Of a DNA stretch of 64,000 bases, positions 36,131 through 47,530 are shown piece by piece. The notes below the pieces were generated by a model that worked only from the letters and a program-made list of their open reading frames with translations, did no database searches and was not told the origin of the DNA. This stretch comes from Squalus acanthias (Eukaryota). The position numbers and the translations under genes were made by a program. Within the stretch, counting starts at the first letter, position 1. Every line of letters starts with the position of its first letter. The DNA is taken from assembly GCA_030390025.1 (NCBI GenBank), contig CM059432.1:15564001-15628000 (forward strand), written 5' to 3'.

Positions 36131-36659
36131 AATCCAAGAACTTAATTGGGCCCCAAATTAGGTGCAATTATACAATTGACCTTTGAGAGCATCACCAGAG
36201 GGTTCTGTGCATGGTTTTGTGAATTTTACGTGCATTTGCCTTAAGGTGCTTTCATATTAGTTTGGATTGTGGGGTTGGACCTTCCCTGGTCACAGTAGAA
36301 GGACCATACTTGTCAGTGATTGAAAGATACTGTATGGGCAGGCAGAGGGCTAAGCTGTCTCTGGAGGCACAGGTAGAAACCAGAATTTACTTTAGATAAA
36401 TCTGGTGTCCGTGTGTCAGCTCCCCACATTTGTATTGCTGCAACTGTCTTCTTCATTCCAGTGTTGCGATCGTAGTCCCATGAAAATGTGGCTCTACAGT
36501 TCTGTCAATGGAATAAGAGAGTTGGTTTTAACAATGTAAGCACAGGGAGCTAGTGCACAGACACGCTCTCCCATGATCCAATCTAAATGTGCACTCCCAG
36601 TATAAAGTTACCTTTCCAGTGCTACTTCCCAACTTTGGCAACATCACAGTAAGGTAAAA

Positions 36660-37071
36660 AAAGAAAGACTTGCATTTATATAGCACCTTTCACCACCTCA
36701 GGATGTCCCAAAGCACTTTACAGCCAACGAAGTACTTTTGAAGTGCAGTCACTTCAAAAGTAGTAAACTCGGCAGCCAATTTGCACTCAGCAAGGTCCCA
36801 CAAACAGCAATGTGATAAAGACCAGGTCATCTGTTTTTAGATATTGGTTGAGGGATAAATATTGGCCAGGATACCAGGGGGAAGTCCCCTGCTGTTCTTC
36901 GAAATAGTGCCATGGGATCTTTTACGTCCACCTGAGGATGCAGACTTTGGTTTAACGGTTTAATGTCTTAGCCAAAAGACTGTACCTCCGACAGTGCAGC
37001 ACTCCCTCAGTACTGCACAGGAGTGTCAGTTTAGATTTTTTGTGCTCAAGTCCCTGGAGTAGGGCTTGAAG

Positions 37072-37116
<45 letters not shown>

Positions 37117-37117
37117 A
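36660..37117 (-). mobile_element. Full-length Deu-domain tRNA SINE (SacSINE1-like)
   Basis: The - strand reads TGGCTCAGTGGGTAGCAC (A box), a B-box-like GCTTCAAGCCC, the Deu core and tail CTATATAAATGCAAGTCTTTC. Confidence 0.85.
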
Positions 37118-37744
37118 GGTGAATGGAGTTGGCACTGTTGCTACCAGAGGTGCCAAGATTCAACCAAAAAGCTTGTTTCTACTCGTCTCTTCAGAGATAT
37201 GGGTGCTGCAACAGCAAATATAAATGGTGGCTCTGAGGCACAGGCCAACATTTTTTCCGCCTGTCCATACAGGCCAGCGATAGTCTTTCAATCCCTGAAA
37301 AAAATGATTCTTCTACAGTGTCCAGGGCAGGTCCAGTGGCTGAACAATGGTTACAAGACATAGAGAGAGCAGGGCAGTGCAATTAGTTTTGGATTGCGCA
37401 GACACAATGGGCCAAATGGCTTCTTTCTGTGCGTTAATTTCTATCGTGATGGGATTCTATGGTAACTGGACGAACACAGGTGTTTGTCTGTTGCTCCAGT
37501 GCTGTGGAATCCACCCAGTAACATAAATGGGGCAGATTCCACAGTACCCGCAGTTCTGGGCGATATTGAAGAAATGCTTTCTCGAAAGTTCTGTAATGCA
37601 AACACAGCATTAGTTGCATCTCTTTTATCCATTTTTGCTTCTGTTTGTCTCATGTTTTATGAACTTCAAATAACATGACTCATATCAGAGAGAAGTGTTA
37701 TCATCCTAAGTACAGTACATGGTTAGTCATGCAAAAGACTCCAT

Positions 37745-38516
37745 GGGGGAAAAATTCAGCTGCTTGCGCCTCCCGTTAGCGCCTTAAGAGGGCGCTAATG
37801 GGGCGTAAAGCAGCTAACGCCCGGGCGCAGCGCCGCCCACGCCTCCCGTAAAATTCAGCGGGAGGTTAGTGGCGGCGCCAGCCGGTAGCGCCCTGTGGCG
37901 CTGCGCCGCCGGCGATGACGTCATCGCCGTGTGCAGCACCCCGCTCGCGCTCCAGCCGCGATCTTCAGTCGCGCCCCCTGATTTACCGCCAGACGCTATG
38001 TCCGACGGGTTCAGGGAGGCGTACGTGCGGCCGGGGCGGCGATAGTTAAAGGGGAGGTGGCAGGCGGCCATTTTTGTTGCTGGCCGCCTGCCAGCACCTG
38101 CCCCCGTTGCTGTCCCCGGCCCCGTGAAGCCCCCCCACCGTGAAGTGCCGGCTGCGCTCCAAGAGCCCGGCACTTCTCTTGAGTGCCGGGCTCTTTTGCT
38201 GGCACTCCCGATCCCTGGGGGCCCAGCTGGGCCCCGGTTCGCGCTGCGCAGGGTCCCTCCCCTTTAAGAAGGGGAGGAAGGCCTGCAGTACCGCGGTGCG
38301 ACGTGCCGCAGCGCCTGGCGCTGCGGCACGTAGCGCCAGGATATTCCCTCGCAGCGCCCCAAGAGGGATGCGGGGTGCTTCCAGTGGCGCCCCGCTTCCC
38401 TCTTGGGGCGCAACCACTGAAGTTCCGGCGCGGGGCCGCTAATTTTTTCGGGGCGCTAAAAGTCGCGCCCCGGCGAGGTTAGCGCCCCAAATGGGGCGCG
38501 ACTCAATTTTTACCCC
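37745..38516. mobile_element. GC/CpG-rich MITE, Harbinger-type ends
   Basis: Imperfect TIR GGGGGAAAAATTCAG / CTCAATTTTTACCCC with flanks CAT/TAT. Internal palindrome at 38161-38195. Confidence 0.7.
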
Positions 38517-39593
38517 TATATAAATGGGCGCCTTCATCATTGAGAAATTCCACTATACAGCTGTGCCTAAAGTATGATAACCAATCCTGTCATCTAGTTT
38601 AGAAACACATTGGGCTGGATTTTGCCAGTGTGGGCGGGCTGGGGCATGACAGGTGGCATTCGTGTCAGGACCCCGACTCCGAAGTGAAGTGGGGAAAAAG
38701 TGCGATTTTCCCCGAATTGGGCAATTGATTTCCAGCGTGTGGGAACCCTTGGCCCAATGAGTCTTTTCATACAGAAAGTCGCCTCCGATGATGTCATCAA
38801 TGCTGCTGGATTTAAGGCCTGCAAACAGCCTTGCTTCCTCTGGAGACTGCAAAATTTATGGTGATTGTAGTAAGGAATTCATTGATCGACTATGTCCACC
38901 AGCAGGCAAAAGTGTGCTCCACGCTTCGATGAGCCCACCCTCCAAGCTCTGGTGGAGGGAGCAAGATCGAATAAGGAGATGCTCTTCCCTTCCTCAGGGA
39001 GAAAAAAGCCACCCCAGCTGACTAAAGCTGTGTGGCTGCAAGTGGCCCAGGAGGTCAACTCCATTTCGCTGAGCCGCAGAACCTGGCTGCAGTGCAGGAA
39101 GAGGTTTCATGACCTTCTCCGCACAGGAAAAGTGAGTATGACTTTCCCATCACCCTCAATCTGATCCCCATCGCCTCTCCTCACCAGCACTCTGCTTTGC
39201 TAACCTCTTCCTCCACATCCCACTTGACACTTACATCCCTGCACCCTTACCCATTGCCTCTCTCTCTATGGTCACATTCACTTAACTATTCTACAATGTA
39301 GCCCTCACACTCCTTATCACTGTGATGCAACAACAACAACAACTTACAACACACAGGGAGGGCCCTTTGTCTCCTTCTAAGCATCTATGCTATGCATTCT
39401 CTACACCCACTCCTTCATTCTCACTCAAACTCCACTTGTGTCCCTCATTGCAGGAAAAGAGAGCCCACAATAAGAGGGACAGGAGCAGGGCCATCCTCAG
39501 TAGCCCAGCTCACCGCCTGGGAGGAGGCGGTCCTGGAAATCACCGGGATCGAGAACGATTCCCAAGTGGGGGACGGACAGACGGGCGCATCAC

Positions 39594-42491
39594 TCCCTTC
39601 TCTCTCTTAGGCAGACCCTCGGAACCAAGGATTACTTGCTTCCACATTAAAAATGAGTTCTCAGGTGACTGATGAGTCCAATGCAGGACCTACAGTCTCT
39701 GTCACAGATGGGGCAGACGGTGGTTGAAGGGGCAGGTGGGTGGGGTGCTTGGGTTGACGTGCGCTCCTTGAGCTTGGCTTCCGCTTGCTCCCGGCGAAGA
39801 GACTCGAGGTTTTCGGCGCCTCCCCGGATGCTTCTCCTCCACTTTGTGCGGTCTTGGGCCAGGGATTCCCAGGTGTCAGTGGGGATGTTGCACTTTTTCA
39901 AGGAGGATTTGAGGGTGTCCTTGAAGCATTTCCTCTGCCCACCTGGGGCTCTCTTGTAGTGTCGGAACTCCGAGTAGAGCGCTTGTTTTGGGAGTCTCGT
40001 ATCGGGCATGCGGATGATGTGGCCCGTCCATCGGAGCTGATCGAGCGTGGTCAAAGCTTCGATGCTGGGGATGTTGGCCTGAGCGAGAACACTGACGTTG
40101 GTGCGCCTATCCTGCCAATGGATTGGCAGGATCTTGAGGAGGTAGCGTTGGTGGTACCTCTCCAGTGCTTTGAGGTGCCTGCTGTACATGGTCCATGTCT
40201 CTGAGGCATATAGCAGAGCGGGTATCACTGCTGCTCTGTAGACCATGAGCTTAGTGCCGGGTTTGAGGTCCTGGTCTTTAAACACTCTCTTCCTTAGGCG
40301 ACCGAAGGCTGCACTGGCACACTGAAGACGGTGTTGGATTGCCCTTGTTGACAGTAGGCTCCCAAGGCCTCATCGTGGATTTTGATAATCGGGGGACAGT
40401 ACTGTGTGGCAGGGGCAGGTTGATAGAGGACCTTTGTCTTACGGATGTTTAGTGTAAGGCCCATGCTCTTGTACGCTTCGGTGAAGGTGCTGACGATGGT
40501 TTGGAGTGCGACCTCCGAGTGAGCGCAGACGCAAGCGTCGTCTGCATACTGTAATTCGACGACAGAGGATGGGACGACCTTGGATCTGGACTGGAGGCAA
40601 CGGAGGTTGAACAGTTTCCCATTTGTTCTGTAAATTAGCTCCACTCCAGCAGGGAGCTTACTGAGGGTGAGATGGAGCATTGCAGCAAGGAAGATCGAGA
40701 AGAGCGTTGGTGCGGTGACACAGCCTTGCTTGACCCCGGTTCGTACGTGAATTGGGTCTGTGGTGGAACCGTTGGTCAGGATCACAGCTTGCATCTGAAG
40801 CAGGCGGAGGATGGTGACAAACTTTTGAGGGCAGCCGAATTTGAGGAGGACACTCCATAATCCCTCACGGTTGACAGTGTCGAAGGCCTTTGTGAGATCA
40901 AAGAAGGCCATGTACAGCGGTTGGTGCTGTTCCCTGCATTTCTCTTGCAATTGACGTGCGGTGAAGATCATGTCCATTAGTGGGCGGAATCCGCATTGCG
41001 ACTCTGGGAGGAGTTCTTCGGCCACTGGGAGAAGGCGATTGAGGAGGATTCTTGCGATAACTTTCCCTGTGGCAGACAGCAGGGAAACTCCTCTGTAATT
41101 ACCGCAATCGGACTTGTCACCTTTCTTGAAGATGGTCACAATTACGGTGTCTCTGAGATCCCCTGGCATGCTCTCCTCCTTCCAGATAAGAGAGATGAGT
41201 TCATGAATTCGCACCAGTAGTGCTTCTCCGCCATGCTTTAGTGCCTCGGCGGGAATTCCATCTGCTCCTGAGGCCTTGTTGTTCTTCAGTTGTCGGATGG
41301 CCTTTTCAACCTCATGCCGGGCTGGGGTTGTGCTGAGATGGTGGCGGGTAGCATGCTGCGGGATGGAGTTGAGGACACTCGCGTCGAAGACAGAGTCGCG
41401 GTTAAGGAGATCTTCGAAGTGCTCCTTCCAGCGGGCACTGACTGCCTCTCTGTCCTTGATGAGTACCTCTCTGTTCTTGGCCCGCAGTGGGGTAGGACCA
41501 TGGGTGCTTGGGCCGTAGATGGTCTTGACTGCGCTAAAGAATCCACGCACGTCGTGGTTGTCGGCTAGCTGCTGGATCTCCTGCGCTTTCTCCACCCACC
41601 ATCTGTTCTTTAGGTCGCGAGTTTTTTGTTGGACCTCGGCCTTCAGGCGTCTGTAGAGCTGCTTTCTTGCTCTCAAGTTCTGTTGCTGTTTCCAGATCAG
41701 GAATGCCTTGCGCTTGCGGCTTATTAGCTCCTGAATCTCCTGGTCGTTCTCGTCGAACCAGTCTTGGTGTTTCCTGGTCGAGTGACCAAGCGTCTCTTCA
41801 CAGGTGCTGATTATGGAGGCCTTGAGTGCAGACCAGGCGCTGTGGGCACTCTGTGTCTCTGCATCAGGTTGTTTGTGAGGCGCAGGCTGAATAGGGCTTT
41901 CTTAGCGGGGTCTTTGAGTGCTCCAGCGTTAATTTTCCTGCGGCATTGTTTCTGTTGCCGCTGCTGTTTTGTGGCTATGTTGATGGAGATGACAGAGCGG
42001 ATTAGGCGGTGGTCTGTCCAGCAGTCGTCAGCTCCTGTCATGGCGCGGGTGATGCGGACATCCTTGTGGTCCCTCGCTCGGAAGATGACGTAATCCAGCA
42101 GATGCCAGTGCTTGGAACGAGGGTATTGCCATGAAGCCTTGTACTTGTCTCTCTGACAGAACAAGGTGTTGGTTATGACAAGGCCATGTTCTAAGCATTT
42201 CGACAGGAGGAGGGTACCGTTGGAGTTGGCTTTCCCTACCCCCTCTCTGCCGATCACACCTCCCCAGAGGTCTGTGTCCTTTCCAACTCTGGCGTTAAAG
42301 TCGCCAAGGAGGATCAGCTTGTCGCCCATTGGGACTCGGGACAGGGATTGTTCGAGGCTGGAGTAGAATTCCTCTTTGGTCTCGTCTGTGGCTTCCAATG
42401 TTGGGGCGTACGCACTGATGACCGTAGCGCACTGGTTCCAGGCTAGGGTGAGCCGAAGAGTCATGAGGCGCTCGTTTATACCGCTAGGAGA
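39594..42491 (-). mobile_element. 5'-truncated RTE-clade LINE (APE, RT, C-terminal C2H2-like motif), frameshifted
   Basis: SAYAPT..LGDFNARVG..TDH, ESQCGFR, FDLTKAFD, GVKQGC, QYADD, QLRWTGH, CPICDRDC..GLISHLRTH. TSD GCATCAC at 39587-39593 and 42492-42498. Confidence 0.93.
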
Positions 42492-42537
42492 GCATCACAG
42501 CAAGCTGGTGTCAGAATAGTTTGCCATCTCTCTCATT

Positions 42538-42760
42538 ATGTGGAGATGCCAGTGTTGGACTGGGGTGGACAAAAGTGAGAAGTCGCACAACACCAGGTTA
42601 TAGTCCAACAGCTTTATTTGAAATCACAAGCTTTCGGAGCGCTGCTCCTTCATCAGGTGTGCTGTTCCGGATCATTGACCTGACGAAGGAGCAGCGCTCC
42701 GAAAGCTTGTGATTTCAAATAAAGCTGTTGGACTATAACCTGGTGTTGTGCGACTTCTCA
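42538..42760. mobile_element. Fold-back Penelope family 1 insertion with 13-bp TSD and hammerhead cores on both strands
   Basis: CATCTCTCTCATT at 42525-42537 and 42761-42773. The empty site is visible in Harbinger copy 1 near 4773-4790. Confidence 0.92.
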
Positions 42761-44264
42761 CATCTCTCTCATTGACATTGCATGAGTCACTGATAATGAA
42801 TCTGATGCTCTAACAGATTGACTTATGATCATCTGCACTATTCAATGTGCATGTAACCTTGACCTCACATCTTTAACTCTTTCCTTTACTCACCCACAGG
42901 ACCATCGAAAGCCCCGGTCCCCACTGTCCAGGAGGAAGAGCCTGAGCTTCCAGGCTCCTCAGAGGAAGCTGCAACCTCTGAGGTCGCAGCGTCAGCAGAA
43001 CTCAGCGCACCCAGCACCAGCGCAGACACTCACACCTCGATGGGACCTTCGCGAGATAGAGTAGTGTTGGCACCTGGTGTATCACAGCTCACAAGTGAGC
43101 ATCAGCAGATGGTGGAGACAGGGACAGCAGTGGAGAGTCCTAGTCGGAGTGCGCAGGACTCTGCCAGCTCGGCTCAGCTGCATGTCGACCCTCTGCCTCC
43201 GGGTCCATCCAGGAGAGCGGTGCTGGAAGTCCAGGAACAGGTGCAGGAGTCTCTGGCAGGTTTTGTCTCCAGGGTCGCTGCCACTGTGGAGCGAATGGAG
43301 GAGTCCATCGCGAACATGAGCAGAGCCTTTGTGGAGGCATTGGCGCATGAACGCATCACCGCGGAAAGGATTGCAACCTCCGTGGAAAGGATGGCTAACT
43401 CCATGGTAAGGCTGGCTACCGTAGAGGAGAGGATGGCTACGGTAGAGGAGAGGATGGCTACGGCCATGGAGGAGCTTAGTCACCAGGGTCTTGAAAACAT
43501 GGTCATTGTTCAGAATAGAATAGCATCTCTTGAGGAGTGATGGTCAGCTATTGAGCATGCAAACCAGACCTTCATGGAAGTCCTCTGGAGTAGGACTTCC
43601 AGTGCAGAAACGGGTCCTCATAGCCCCCCTGAAGTGCAGCAAGGTGCTGTCAAGCCACTTGCTAGCTCTGAAGTGGGGCTGACCCATGAGAGGGATGTTG
43701 GTAGCAGACAACAAGGAAGTGGGGGCTCCTCTCCAAGCGCTCACATGACCATGCCACTGCAAAGCCCTCGGTCAGAGCCCCACCAGTGTCCTCACCCAAC
43801 TGAGATGGGCGTCTCAGCCCCTGCACAGCCGCAGGAGCAGCAGGCTGTTGCCGAGCCCTCACAGGTTCGCATCCCCAGAGGACGCCCGCCAAAGGCGTCA
43901 AGACAGGAGCAGCAAGAAAGTGAGCAAGGGGCCTCCACATCTGCTGAAGCCACAGGGGAAGCACCACGTAGGAGCACGCGTAAGAGGAAGATAATGCACA
44001 AGTAGTCACAAGGGTAGTCACTTGGGTGCTGTGATGTATTGTATTTGGACCAGCCATCCTTGTCATGGTATCATAAACAGATTTGATGGCAAACTGTTGA
44101 AGTTGTGGCCTGTGTCATTTTGCAAATGGGACTTTCACATTGAGGGCTTAGGGCGACTTGCAATTGTCAGTATGGTGGTCAGAGTGATAGGAATCCGCAG
44201 GTTCTTGTCCATTGTTGATGCTCTGGTAAGAAGGTGCGAGACAAAAGTGTTTGATTGTGCAGGC

Positions 44265-44490
44265 TAAGCAAATCTGGCCAACATGAGTGCATCCCTTGCA
44301 TCCCGGGCAGCAATGTGGTCGCACTCTGGCACCTTCTGGCCTGTGCAGTTTCAGGTGGGTGAGCAGCAGCTTGGCGCTCCTGTTGATGCTCCTGCTGTTG
44401 GTGCTGCTGTTGTTCCGGGTGCTGCTGCTGCTGCGGCTGGTCTTCATCCGGATCTGATGTCCAGGAGGAAAGGAAATAAATGGTTCCCAT
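44265..44490 (-). pseudogene. Remnant of the Harbinger transposase (N- and C-termini only)
   Basis: [13 protein letters not shown].. joined directly to the C-terminal coding sequence. About 1 kb containing the DDE core is missing relative to copy 1. Confidence 0.85.
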
Positions 44491-45137
44491 GCTTCTGCTA
44501 TATACCTCAGTTGAGGAAGCGCTCAGTCAAGGTGGGGAGAGGGGTTTCCCAGGAGGTCACACTGGAGATGGGTCTCAGGCTCCAAACTTCCACAACAATG
44601 AGTAGGCCTGCTAAAAGTTCCCCCAGACCTGAGACAACAAAGTTCTGCCACCTACAAATGATGATTGCTGAAAACTCCTTTTTAATGATGGAGTTGCAGC
44701 TATTAGTAAGCAATCCACTTGTGAGGCCGCAAGGATTACCTGGCGTGTTTCAGAGGAGGCGTGTAGGATGGGGGAACTGTCTAAAAATCAGAAAGGCCTC
44801 TCAAAATTGGATTATAGAGGCAATTAAGTGGTTGTTAAGGGCCTTAAGGGCCTATCCCACCTTTGGAGGCGGGATGGAAACTGGGGTCTGAAACCCCGAT
44901 TCTGGGAAAATTGCTCGGAGGCGGGATGGAGGCGGGATCAGGTCCGCACGCCATTTTTTGTGATTTTAACACCTCACATGCCTCCAATCCCGCCTCCTCG
45001 GGCCTGGCAAAATCCAGCCCATTTTATCAGGTGTTGCTTACTTTCTTTGGAGTCTATCACATTAGGAAAAAGAATTATTCTGTCTGTGCTATTGTGTCAC
45101 GCTGTGTCACGATTGAAGTGCTAGTCCAAGAAAATTA

Positions 45138-46006
45138 GGTGATAAACTACTCACTGGTGGGTTAGTTGCTCTCTGTACCTTTATGCAGATCAGGATGTTG
45201 TCTCTAACCTTACTTTTCTTCAAAATTAAAGAGCCTCTATCGCATATTCTGCAGTTTTTTTTAATACAGGCTAACATACATTCTGTGGAATTATTACAAT
45301 TATCATGTAAGAAACTGCAGTCTGTGGATTAATGAAACTGTACATGTACAAACAGAAGGCTTTGCATTATTCTGTATGTAATGCCAGTCTGTGCACTATC
45401 CCATGTAACATCTACAGTTTATGGAGTTTAATGGTCAAATAATCATGGACAACATGCGCCAAGGTTTCTAACAGGGGCTCCCACTAGCAGCGTAATATTA
45501 TAAAATGACCCGTTATGTGCTTTCCGATCTGTAGCCCTGAACTTGTTACCTTAATAATGTTCACCCTTTGCATTCTGCTCAGAACCACAGAATTGAGGCA
45601 TAAATGTGCAGTAAAGATTCATTTCCTGTTCAAGCAGGAGAAGACCTGGGCTTGGCTGATGAACCCACTCAAGGTCAGATTACTTCAAAGGAGCTCTGAA
45701 TACAACTGTTGTCTGTCGAACCATAAATTACTTTGAAAATGCGGCTTCAGGATATACTGATGATACCTCACTGCTTTAGTTGCTAAAATATTTCTGTAAA
45801 CACAAGAAGAATTGGTGGGTTATTTCTCCAGAATTCTCCATCTCTGGCATCAGATGCCCTTTGGTGATAAACTAATTGCTGCTGGGTTAGTTGCTCTCTG
45901 GACCTTCATATAGATCAGGACGTTGTCTCTAACCCGACTGTTCTTCAAAATGAAAGAGCGTCTATCACATATTCTGTAGTGTTTTAAATCAGGGTAACAT
46001 ACATTC
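45138..46006 (+). repeat. Diverged direct repeat pair of about 145 bp (45138-45283 and 45863-46006)
   Basis: Both units read GGTGATAAACTA..TGGGTTAGTTGCTCTCTG..AGATCAGGA.GTTGTCTCTAACC..TTCTTCAAAAT..AACATACATTC. Confidence 0.85.
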
Positions 46007-46409
46007 AGTGATGTCACATGCTCATCTTGATCAGCATTAGACTTTTTTTCGTGAAAAGAAACAAGGTGAAAAATATACTTTATTCATTTTTAAATGAGAA
46101 ACGATGAATGGTCAGGAATTTCATATTAAAGGTCGCTGATTGGTTTAGTGCTCCTTTGAGTGCATGCTGGCCTATAAAACAGCTCTGATGTCTGCCCTGA
46201 AGACTCAACTGGTTAATGCAGTGCCTAGTTTAGCCAAAACAGATCAGTAAAGATCACAAGTTCAATCCTTGGTCTGTCCTGAGTTAGCTGATCTTAGCTG
46301 ATGCAGTCCTGTACAATTTGGCTCAGTACCCCTTGATGAGGGGAAGATGAAACTTCACCAGGGATTCTGCTCCTTTTTTCTCTCCAGTGGCTCTTGCTAG
46401 AAACACATT

Positions 46410-46737
46410 CCCGCCCCCATCCTGCAAACCTCCGAGATCTCTGCGCTCCTCCAATTCTGGCCTCTTGCGCAGCCCCGATTATCATTGCTCCACCATTGGT
46501 GGCCGTGCCTTCTGTTGCCTAGGTCCTCAGCTCTGGAATTCCCTCCCTAAACCTCTCCGCCTCTCTACCTCTCTCTGCTCCTTTAAGATGCTCCTTTAAA
46601 CCTACCTCTTTGACCAAGCTTATGGTCACCTGTCCTAATAATCTCCTTATTGTTTGGTAATGCCCTTGTGAAGCGCCTTGGGACATTTTGGTGCATTAAA
46701 AGTGCATTATAAGTGCAAGTTGTTGTTGTTGTTGTTG
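46410..46737 (+). mobile_element. L2 3' end
   Basis: PPRSLRSSNSGLL..GGRAF..QLWNSLP and tail GCAAGTTGTTGTT. Same family as 2741-3360. Confidence 0.85.
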
Positions 46738-47079
46738 GGTGAAGATGGAATTGGAACCGGCTGTGGTACCCCATGCGATCAAATAGCCTGCTAAGCCTCA
46801 CTGTGTCACCTGGAGTGGAGGATAGGTCAAGGTACTTCTCTAAATCCCCAGCAAGCAATCAATGACTTGAGGAGGGGACAAAAGAAAATTGGCAGAAGAG
46901 AAGGAGGAAAAAGAAAGAACCAAAGTTTGGTTCCTGGTCTGGGCTAAGTTTGTCTTAACCGCGGTAATTGGTGGGGGTACTTTAATTTACTTCCATGTCC
47001 TTGGGTTATGGATGGGGAAAATTAGCCAGGGTTTCCAACTCTAATCACACTGCAGTAACGTACATGAGTGTGGATGTCA

Positions 47080-47530
47080 GCCAAAGACAAGATCAACCAC
47101 CGCCCCATGACATTCGATGGCATTACCATCAGCGAATCCCCCACCATCAACATCCTTGGGGGGGTCACCATTGACCAGAAGCTTAACTGCACTGTGGCAA
47201 CTTGCCAAGGCTTCTTCGACAGCACCTCCCAAACCTGCAACCTCTACCACCTTAAACGTTAAGGCAGCAGGCGCATGGGAACACCACCACCTCCAAGTTC
47301 CCCTCTAAGTCACACAACATCCTGACTTGGAAATATATCGGCGTTCCTTCATCGTCACTGGGTCAAAATCCTGGAACCCCCCTCCCTACCAGAATTGTGG
47401 GAATACCTTCAGCACACGGACTGCAACGGTTCAATCAGGCAGCTCACCACCACCTTCTCGAGGGCAATTAGGGATGGGCAATAAATGCTGGCCTTGCCAG
47501 CGACGCCCACATCCCAGGAACTAATAAAAA
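47080..47530 (+). mobile_element. Family-B LINE 3' fragment with internal deletion
   Basis: ESPTINILG..DQKLN joined to the terminal segment and tail. Confidence 0.8.

Larger units (their letters stand above)
38892..44005 (+). pseudogene. Harbinger Myb/SANT-like gene, copy 2 (exon 2 disrupted by RTE, stop at 43538)
   Basis: Exon 1 MSTSRQKCAPRF..CRKRFHDLLRTGK|GTGAGT. Exon 3 is homologous to 4912-5998. Confidence 0.85.
38612..45020. mobile_element. PIF/Harbinger copy 2: transposase internally deleted, carrying nested RTE and Penelope insertions
   Basis: TIR GGGCTGGATTTTGCCA (38612-38627 and 45005-45020), TSD ATT, collinear with copy 1. Confidence 0.95.

Noticed and set aside
37814..38482. Several 100-120-aa ORFs
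   Set aside because: They arise from stop-codon scarcity in a GC-rich MITE.
46190..46345. tRNA-like A/B boxes (similar sequence near 28890-28960) as a tRNA gene
   Set aside because: No cloverleaf is evident. It is probably the head of an old SINE, too decayed to call.
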